Assembly (NCBI GenBank): GCA_951406725.2
Contig: OX597835.1
Span: 24,614,001-24,678,000 of the forward strand
Reading direction: 5' to 3'
DNA length: 64,000 nucleotides
Source of the DNA: Octopus vulgaris
Taxonomy: Eukaryota
Position numbers and translations under genes: made by a program. The notes under the pieces are model-generated. The model ran no database searches and was not told the DNA's origin. It worked only from the letters and a program-made list of their open reading frames with translations. Of this stretch, positions 54,405 to 64,000 are shown one piece after another. Positions within the stretch are counted from its first letter, which is position 1. Every line of letters starts with the position of its first letter.

Positions 54405-55085
54405 ATCCAACCACGGCTTGACAACCTGTGTTGGTTTGTTTACGTTCCTGTAACTTAGCGATTCAGCGAAACAGACTGATAAAATAAGTTTCAGGCTTTT
54501 AAAGAAAAAGTCCTGGAATCGATTTTTTCGACTAAAAATTCTTCAAGGCAGTACCCCAGCATGGCCGCAGTTTAACTAATCCCAGTGAATAGCTTTCTCA
54601 TGGGTTTGAATATGCCCCAAGCATAATTTTGTATTTATACACATCATTGCTTAGCGCTGCTACCCAGTAATTTGTTAGTGGTGAGCCACCGATTGGTGCT
54701 ACCTGTCTTTGTACGATGATGGGAGTATCATGAGAGAGACACTCTCTCTTGTCAGTTCGCAGTGCATCCTGTCTGGTTTCTCTAGCTGAAGAGGAGATAA
54801 GCATTCTGAAATGCTTGCATCTCAGTCTGGATAGGTGGCGCTGCGAGCTGATTTAAGTGTATCCATACTATTTGTCTACAGCGAGAAATTTTTCTCCATG
54901 ACAAAACACAGCGAATGGCTTGCTTATGTTCCTGTAACTTACCGGTGCGGCAAAACAGACTGATAGAATAAGTTTCAGGCTTTAAAAAAGTCCTGGGATC
55001 GATTCTTTCTGCTAAAGATTCTTCAAGGCAGTGCCCCAGCATGGCTGCAGTCTAATGACTGAAACAGGTAAGAGAATAAACGATA
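54405..55085 (+). mobile_element. Two SINE family B 3' halves in direct orientation
   Basis: ~54405-54575 and ~54915-55085 share variants (AAACAGACTGAT..AATAAGTTTCAGGCTTT) and flank ~340 bp of unique sequence. Confidence 0.7.
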
Positions 55086-55692
55086 AAGTAGCTATAATTG
55101 ATATTCGGTTTAATTACCAAAAGCTTAGAACGGAGCCCAGGTGGAACTGGTGCGGTACGAAACCCGTATCTTGCTGGCCAATCCGGATAACTACAGCATA
55201 TTCGAACTGGGAATAACATTGCGTTTACACACATCACCGTTTGGCGCTCTCACCCTGTAATTTGTAAAACTCTAAGTTTCCTGTTAGTAAAACCTTAAGT
55301 ATACTGTTGGTAGAGTCTCTCATATACAACCGAGGAAAATCGCTATGGATGTGGATGACAGCAATGGGGTACAAGATTAAAGGTGTACGAAAGGAGTAGC
55401 TACGGAGTTTAGTGGGATGGGGTGGGGAAGAAGAGGATAGCGGAAAGAAGGAAAAAGAGATTACAGTGGGGTGTAACGGAGTGGATGGGAGAATAAGAGA
55501 TATACTTCAAATGCTTGGACACAGATGTCGAGATTAACCGGAGATTACAGGTGTTTAATCAGCTCCTAGCTGGAACGTATCCAGGTAATATATTCGCCAA
55601 CATTGGTTTCTGCCAACTAATTCAAATTATATATATGTGCGTGTGTATATATGTATGTATGATTATGTATATGTATGCACCACATATGTATG

Positions 55693-55747
<55 letters not shown>

Positions 55748-55750
<3 letters not shown>

Positions 55751-56879
55751 ATATAAATCACAGTATGTGTGTATAATGACTAACGCATACATTTCCACAA
55801 TTCTCAACAGATTTTCACAAAACTTTACGCACACATTACTTATGTCACAAGGATGGCCATGCACTATAAAAATTTTGCCCAGAGCCCTCGCGTAATTGGA
55901 CGGAAATGGACATGGTTCTTTGTATGCAGGGTCTTCCATACTTTTTAAATATTTTAATAAAAGTGAAAGGCACTTGTCTATTTATTTATTTCTACTGTCC
56001 AGCAGCGATGGTGATTAAATTGACTAGGAATATTGTATGCGATGAATATCCAATACCAAACAATCTTAATCTCCATATTGAAACTGCGTTAAACTTTGGC
56101 AACCTTACCTTTACCTATTCTAGTTACTTGAAAGGTGATGTTCCCTTCCCTCTCTTCTATTTGTTGATACCTTTGTTTACCTACCAATGCGTTGTTTCAC
56201 TTCAAGGATGCTTATTTACCCATCCATTGTGATATTTTGACTGTTGTCCATTGTTCCAAATACGTTTTAGCATTGTCGTTCTTGCCTTTTTTAAACAATC
56301 ACATATGATTCGTCCCAAAGAAACAACTTTTAAACAAGAGTTTTCCTTCCACTAGCGAAAGCTAAACCTAACTTTCAGAAAGCTCCATACCAATTTAACT
56401 TTATGAAGCATTCGCTGTTAGTTTATGCGCAGGCTATGTGGGAAGACAGAATAAAGGGGCTTTCGTTAGCTAATCTCTCAGAAAAAAAAAATAGCATCCT
56501 TTGCTGTTGAAAAAAATAAACTCGCAGAAGGAAAGTTTCAACATCTTCCTTCAATTTCATTATGCCATTTATGTGACTGTTTCTGACAAGAAATTTCGCT
56601 TTCATGTAAAACAACTATATTTTGTTGTCATGATCTGTAATCTATTCCCAAAACGCTTCAGTAGCTCTACTTTACATCGCTTGCAATTTTATATGTACTA
56701 TGATCATTAAAGTGCAATGACCTCCACAATAACCAGCCTTCAATTTGATTTTCCGTTCCTAGATTAATCGGAAACATAGACTGCCGTGCTACTCATGAAC
56801 CTTCTCGGTAGTTCAATTATTTGGTGAAAAAAATACCACCAAACAACTTAAACCGTCCAAAGGACGGGTGCGTTTGCTA

Positions 56880-56880
<1 letters not shown>
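55748..56880 (+). mobile_element. Helitron derivative with possible decayed helicase remnant
   Basis: 5' TCTATATAAA and 3' hairpin CCGTCC-AAA-GGACGG followed by CTAG|T. Internal SFAV../INSQKESF...FHVKQLYFV weakly resembles Pif1-family FAMTINKSQGQ...FSHGQLYV. Confidence 0.65.
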
Positions 56881-56927
<47 letters not shown>

Positions 56928-56929
56928 TA

Positions 56930-57124
56930 TATCTGTAAATGTAATATGTGACAATTATTCGGTAGCCATGATAAAACTCCGAGCTTCGGATGCCGAGTTG
57001 AAATCCACGCCGCCATCTCTTCAGTTATCCGGCCATCCGGATGGCCGGATTTCCTCCTCGGCATCCGAAGCTCGGAGTTTTATCATGGCTACCGAATAAT
57101 TGTCACATATTACATTTACAGATA
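56930..57124. repeat. Nested palindrome: 68-bp perfect arms plus inner 24-bp palindrome, containing a hammerhead-like fold
   Basis: 56930-56997 vs 57057-57124, with ATCCGGCCATCCGGATGGCCGGAT at 57027-57050. Confidence 0.9.
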
Positions 57125-57186
57125 AATTCCTCTATTTACATATTATCGAGGTCTCTTTCATTCTTTTGTTGTCTTACCATTTTTAT

Positions 57187-57221
<35 letters not shown>

Positions 57222-57228
<7 letters not shown>

Positions 57229-57410
57229 GGAGCTTCTACAGGACTAGAACTGTTTCATTCAGATGAAATCTTCAGGAAGCTTCCTGAAGATTTCATCTGA
57301 ATGAAACAGTTCTAGTCCTGTAGAAGCTCCTACTATAAAATGAATTACTTTACTCTGCTATGTATTGCGTACCTTATTTACTGTGGTTAACACCGACTCA
57401 ACCCGGGACC

Positions 57411-57457
<47 letters not shown>

Positions 57458-57519
57458 TATATAGAAGGAGCTTCTACAGGACTAGTACTGTTTCATTCAA
57501 GAGAAATCTTCAGGAAGCT
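57222..57519. mobile_element. Family P2 palindromic element plus a half copy
   Basis: Palindrome at 57222-57337 (one mismatch) centred on GGAAG|CTTCC. The tail to 57412 is the reverse complement of 16333-16400. A half copy lies at 57460-57519. Confidence 0.75.
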
Positions 57520-57560
57520 CATATATATATATATATATATATATGCGTATAGGCATATAT

Positions 57561-57593
<33 letters not shown>

Positions 57594-57879
57594 TATACAC
57601 ACACAACCACATATACATCGCAAAGAACTATATAGTAAGTGTGTGTCTGTGTCTATACGTATATGTATGTATATATGCGTATGTCTATGCATGTGAACAT
57701 ATATGTATATGTTAGACCGTTTTGGGACAACAGTATAATGGTTTTCTTGGATCAACAAGGGAAGACCCTTTATGTGATCGCTAGATCTGAAGGAAGAAGC
57801 ACCTATATGTCTCTCATAGCACACGCTACTGCTTTTATAAACAAGATAAGACATATCTTATGATGTCCTATACATTAAA

Positions 57880-58070
57880 ATGGCGAACTGGTAGAATCGT
57901 TAGCGCCCAGACCAAAATTCTTAGAGGTTTTTCGTCCTTTTTTATGTTTTGAGTTCAAATTCCGCCGATGTCTTTTTTGACTTTCATCCGTTCAGGGGTC
58001 GATAGAATCAGTACCAGTTGAATAATGGGGTCGATGTAATCCTCTAGAACCCCCCCCCCCACCTCTAAAA
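57880..58070 (+). mobile_element. SINE family A, diverged
   Basis: GGCGAACTGGTAGAATCGTTAGC...GAGTTCAAATTCCGCCGA. Confidence 0.7.
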
Positions 58071-58474
58071 GAAATTGTAATTAGATCTACTGAATAATAA
58101 CAATACTTACACAAGAAAAGCAATCATCACAAATGCGGTATCCATAGCAACAGCACCAACAACAGCATTCACACCCATAGTATACATCGTATACAACAAC
58201 AACAACAACAACAACAACAACACACTACAAGCAATAACAACCACAAGAATAATATCTATTACGTCTGTCTATGATCACAACAAGATCTGAAACAACAAAA
58301 ACGGCAACAACAACAACAACAACCATCGTAGCACGCATATCTACAAAAGCAACAATAGTAAAGAGAACAATCACATTTCCGGCAGAAGAAGAGGAGGAGG
58401 CGGAGGCAGAAGGAGGAGAAGATGAAGAAGAAGAAGGAGAAGAAAAAGTAGTAGTAGTAGTAGTAGTAGTAGTA

Positions 58475-58505
<31 letters not shown>

Positions 58506-59168
58506 AAGAAGAAGAAGAAGAAGATGATGATGATGATGATGATGAAGAAGAAGAAGATGATGATGATGATGATGGTGATGAAGAAGAAGAAGAAAGGAAT
58601 GAGGAGGGGAAGAAGAAGGGGATGAGGAAGAAGAAAAAGAAGAAAAAGAGGAAGAACAACAACAATAACAACAAGAGTTCACTAATTATTTGCCAATCAA
58701 TGTAAAAGAAAAGCAACAACAAAAAAAAAGCAAAGGGGTAAGAGTGGGGTGGTGTTATCGAAACCCTATCTCAAGCATCCTTTTACTCTCCTCCTCATCA
58801 AAGACAAAGCAACCATCAAAGATGGCGGGTGAAGGGTGGCAGGAAAAAACCCTTTGTTGTTCGGTTTAAATAACAGAAACATTCACCTTTAAACACACCT
58901 GGATTATAGAGAAACGGGTAGATGTTGTGTGTGTGTGTGCGTGTGTGTGCGTGGGCGCGCGTATTTGTATCTATGTGTATGTATTTGTCTGTGTGTGCGT
59001 GCGTCATTGCAAGGGTGAATGTGTGCGTGGATATATATATGCGCGTTTGAGTGTGTATGTGTATAGATGTGTATGTGTCTGTGTGTATGTGTGTAGATGT
59101 GTGTGTATGAGCGTGTGTATGTACGTCTGCATGTTGGTGCTTGTGTGTTTAAATCTGTTTGAAGGCAT

Positions 59169-59240
59169 GGGTATATGTGTATATACGGGTATATGTGTAT
59201 ATACGGGTATATGTGTATATACGGGTATATGTGTATATAC
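59169..59240. repeat. 18-bp minisatellite GGGTATATGTGTATATAC x4
   Basis: Read directly from the sequence. Confidence 0.9.
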
Positions 59241-59292
59241 GTGTATATATTCGTGTCTGTGTGTGAATGTATAATCGTTGCGCAGGTGTGTC

Positions 59293-59354
<62 letters not shown>

Positions 59355-59359
59355 AATCA

Positions 59360-59411
<52 letters not shown>

Positions 59412-60031
59412 GTCTGTCTGTCTGTCTATCTGTCCGTCTGCCTGCCTATCTGTCTATCTATGTGTGTAATTATAGATAGATAGATAGATAGATAGATAGG
59501 TTTGGCGATGCAAATAGGGGAAATAGAACTCAAAACATTCGTATATATACATATATACTATTATTTATATTTAGTAGAAGCGACAGAGTAACTCTAGGAT
59601 CAAGAGTTTCGTGCTCCGGCACTTATCATTTTGGTATGTACCCACGCAGGAAACTCTCAGTCGATCCGCGAGTCTCACAAAATATAAATACATAGATATA
59701 CAAATACACAAAACATACACAAACACACACACACACACACACACACATATAAATAGATTCATTTATGGAAAGAACCCTTGATTTTCATCTCCTAAGTACG
59801 TGTTGGCTATCTCATTGGTAATGCTTTTTTCTATATATACATATGTGCGTAAAAATGTAATTATTTTTACCAAATAAATTGCACTTCATATTCGATGCTC
59901 CGATGAAGCTATAGGGTGTTACTCTGGCACTCAACTATGAGTCTACAGCATCTTATGGCAGAAGCAGCTATAAGCTAATGAAATTCATAAGATAATCTTA
60001 TGAGATTTTGTCATTTCGTTTTCTTTATATA

Positions 60032-60422
60032 TCTTTATATATAAAAGTGAGGTTGTGTGCTGTCTGTCTCCAACGATTTAGATTCCTAACTACTCCCACA
60101 TTTTGCGGTGCAGTTTAACCAAAACCGGGTATCTTATAGTCGTGATTCATATCGAGCCATTCTGGGTATTAGCGCGCGTCTACGATGAGTCTACGATTTA
60201 AAATACAATTACCATCAATTTTTCCCATTTTTAATGCATTTTTGGCATATATAAGGGAAGTAACTCTCTAAAAATTTATTAAATCTCAGAACGTAAAAAG
60301 CTACAGTACCCTCCCCCTTTTGTGGTTAGCCATATTGAGATGGCTATTATACTTTACATCTCTAAAAATGCTTATATAGTTATTTCCCTTACAAACCCGA
60401 GCAACGCCGGGCGATACTGCTA

Positions 60423-60423
<1 letters not shown>
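60032..60423 (+). mobile_element. Non-autonomous Helitron-like element
   Basis: 5' A|TCTTTATATATAAAAG and 3' CCCGAGCAACGCCGGG...CTAG|T. Confidence 0.75.
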
Positions 60424-60487
<64 letters not shown>

Positions 60488-61375
60488 ATAGATAGATAGG
60501 CAGATAGATAGATCGATCGATCGATAGATAGATAGATAGATAGATAGAATATCTAACTATGCATATTTGTACCTTAACTTCATCTATGGTTGTCATTTCT
60601 CTCTCCCAGCTCTCCCTTTTTTTATTTTTCTCTCTTATCTCTCACAATGTTCTCTCTTACTCTCTCTCCTCCTCCTCTCTCTCTCCAATACACAAACCAG
60701 TTCACACTCATAATCCTTCTCTACCCCCTCCCTCACTTCATATATCCGTACGTTATATAACAAAATCGTGGAATGCCAGACAGGAAGGAAGGAAGAAGAA
60801 GAACCGAAGCTCAGAGCAAAAACGACGAACTAACCACAAGGTTAACTAAACAGTTTACACTCTAATGAGACGTTCGGATTTATATCGGTGTAGAAGCGGT
60901 GCAGTCACAGATATAATTAATGACTAGGTTGTTTTTCCTGCGTCTACCATTTTATAGATCTAGATTGCAATTCATTTTAATGGGGCTCTTCTCTTCTCTA
61001 ATACATCTCTACGTCTACTTTGGGCTTGTGCTGCGTTCGTTATTCATGTGCCATATGCGCTGGTATCGCTCAGGGCCGTAGGTGCATAGCAAGTCACCTT
61101 GACAGGCATGTAACATGAATGTCTTTTTCTAATGTATGTTATTAATCATATTCGCGAGCAGGCTCGTGCACATTGCTCGGGAAAACGTTTGCAATGGGGC
61201 ATATATTTATCGTCGGAATTTTTGTAAAAGTGTAATAATGATGACGAAGATGATGATGACGGTGATGATGATGATGATGATGATGATGAAATTATCATTA
61301 ATAATAATAATAGTAATGTCGACAACAATAATAGCAATAGCAACAACATCAACAACAGCATCGACAACAACAACG

Positions 61376-61449
<74 letters not shown>

Positions 61450-61591
61450 AATAATAATAATCTAGGTGTCAGGAAGACACTCGGCAAGAAATGGAAACAA
61501 AATTGAAATATGATGATAATGATGATGATGATGATGATGATAATGATGATGATGGTGATGATGATGATGATGCTGCTGCTGATGATGGTGG

Positions 61592-61623
<32 letters not shown>

Positions 61624-61850
61624 AGGATGATGATGATGATTTCTTAATAATAATAGGCTGTGTAAATATTGTTGGGGAATTCTCATACGCCATTTGTTAT
61701 CTGTGAACATTTTGATGAATGTTTTGGGTTTTGTTTCTTGTTTGTTTTTTTTATTGTTTTTTTTTATTGTTTTCTTTTTCCAAAATGTACCTAATTCCTT
61801 TTGATGTTAGGATGGGAACTCTTGTTTTATTTCAAACTGTGAATAATAAA

Positions 61851-61852
<2 letters not shown>

Positions 61853-61913
<61 letters not shown>

Positions 61914-61993
61914 TATAATAATAATAATAATAATAAGAAGAAGAAGAAGAAGAAGAAGAAGAACAACAACAACAGCAGCAGCAGCGCGGCGGC

Positions 61994-62037
<44 letters not shown>

Positions 62038-62186
62038 AAGAAGAAGAAGAAGAAGAGGAGGAGGAGGAGGAGGAGGAGAAGAAGAAGAAGAAGAAGAAGA
62101 AGAAGAAGAAGAAGAAGAAGAAGAAGAAGAAGAAGAAGAAGAAGAAGAAGAAGAAGAAGAAGAAGAAGAAGAAGAAGAAGAAGAAG
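61853..62186. repeat. Compound trinucleotide array (AAT-AAG-AAC-AGC-GTA-GAA-GAG-AAG)
   Basis: Read directly from the sequence. Confidence 0.95.
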
Positions 62187-62715
62187 CTTTTTACTGGAGT
62201 CGAGGACTCACATATATGATACAAAGAATAAAACGTCATGTAAAATGGGTTCGAAAACATGTGAGGTGATTTATATCCATACATACATAAACAAATTGAA
62301 AACTCAATTGCACAAAAACAAATAAGGACAACCAACTTAGAACACAAAGAGAAGCCCCTAACTAGGCAAGATCAAGGATCAAGTCCATGACCCCAAGCAC
62401 CATCCATTCTATCACCTTCTGCAAACTGAAACTTGCCTAAATGATGATGAACATCCCAGGCTATGGCCAAGCTGTGAAGAGTTTCACATTTATTGGGAAA
62501 TGCTTGTTTCTTTCCCCCGTAGGTAGACCTTTGTTGTGGATTTTACTAACCGAGTATCATATTTTGATTCGATTTCATTCACGATGGACACAGTATCTTT
62601 TACATTCTCCTTTAAGCTATTTGGTAATTCCGTCAGGTTCTCGTTATCATTTAGGGTGACCTATTATAAAATAAAAAAGGGCTAAAAACGAACGTCCTTC
62701 ATCTGTACACTAATA

Positions 62716-63240
62716 TACAAGGTGCATTCCAGAAGTTTAGAGGCTTTTTCAGATGAGACATTCATTCATTTGAAAGACGAACGAAGTAGGATCTTTTGAT
62801 TCCAATGCGCTTGTAGCCTCCCAGCCACTTCGCGAAGACCCCATTGAAGTCGTCCAAACTGAAGGGGCCCAGGACCTTTGTTACAGCCTCATTCATTTTC
62901 AAAACGAATGTCCTTCAGGTTCTTCTCCGGCTTGAGGAAAACGCAAAAGTCACAGGGAGCAACGTCAAGACCGCAGGGAGGGCGAGGAGCAGGTTTGATG
63001 CCCATCTCTGTCAAGTAGTTCGCTACAAGGACGCTCGTCATTGAACACCCTAGCAACAAATTTTGCTTGTGTACAGACCTTCATCGTTAATTCTGTCTAT
63101 TATTGCCACAACAAATCCAAACCAAATTCTTTTATGTCCTTATAGACAGGTGATGGTCTTCATCCGGAAAACCGCAAATTTTCTCAATCAGTTCTGATGT
63201 TCTGACGTCCCTCTCCATCCCACTCTTCTCATTCTCTCTC
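62716..63240 (-). pseudogene. Tc1/mariner transposase remnant
   Basis: Minus translation NYLTEMGIKPAPRPPCGLDVAPCDFCVFLKPEKNLKDIRF...AVTKVL....LDDFNGVFAKW matches the mariner HPPYSPDLAPCDF..F..LK..LKG.RF region. TA plus TIR-like CAAGGTGCATTCC at 62716. Confidence 0.8.
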
Positions 63241-63521
63241 ATCGTCGGACAAAATGCTTAGCGGCTTTTCTTCCGGGTTTCTACGATCTGAGTTTAAATC
63301 ACGCCGAGGTCCATTTTGCCCATCATCTCTTAAGGAGGTCACAAAATAATGCATCAATCAAATATTAGGGACTGGGGGTCGTCGATGTAAGTAATCGATT
63401 TATCTGCTCTCCGTGTCCTCAAAATTGCGGCGCCTGGACCCTGCAATGGTCTGGCGTTCCATTCAAGGGCAATATTGTGATATCGGTCGCAGAGCGGATC
63501 ACTAGCCTTATCTAGGAATAC

Positions 63522-63586
<65 letters not shown>

Positions 63587-63911
63587 CTAGTGGCTATGGT
63601 GTTGCTCATACGCAGGGTGGTGCTTTCGATTCCCAGACCAGTGTTCTTGAGTCAAACACTTCATTTCACGTTGATCCAGTCTACTTAGCTGTAAATAGGT
63701 GACATCGAGGAAGTGCATTGTAATCAGCGGTGTATAACACGATGCTATATTATGGTGATACAACTATACACACACACACACTCGCACACATATGTAGAGA
63801 TAGATACAGAAAAGATAAATAAATAGATTGATAGATATATATTTGTACATATATATATACATTGAAGAGGAGGAAGGAGGGAGAGAGATGTATATATATA
63901 TATATATATTT

Positions 63912-64000
63912 TTTTTCTACTCTTTTGCCGCGGCCATGCTGGAGCACCGCCTTTAGTCGAACAAATAGACTTATTCTTTGTAAGTTTAGTACTTATTCTA
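63912..64000 (-). mobile_element. SINE family B tail, truncated by window edge
   Basis: GCGGCCATGCTGGAGCACCGCCTTTAGTCGA. Confidence 0.8.

Overview
This is eukaryotic, AT-rich, extremely microsatellite-dense DNA. The SINE repertoire and repeat density suggest an octopus (coleoid cephalopod) genome, which is an inference. I find no supportable host protein-coding gene, and almost all listed ORFs are translations of simple repeats. The window is a patchwork of tRNA-headed SINE families, dead fragments of RTE, CR1 and R4/Dong-type LINEs, a mariner remnant, hAT MITEs and three non-autonomous Helitrons. An ~8.1 kb near-identical duplication flanks a 100-N gap and is probably two uncollapsed haplotypes. 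The most interesting signal is a set of short elements inserted in (TA)n/(TATG)n tracts that carry type I hammerhead ribozyme folds, from several unrelated families. They include a tandem pair 383 nt apart (retrozyme-like), a family with a shared CUGUNGA core variant, and long palindromic head-to-head copies. All folds were read by eye, and none is proven active.
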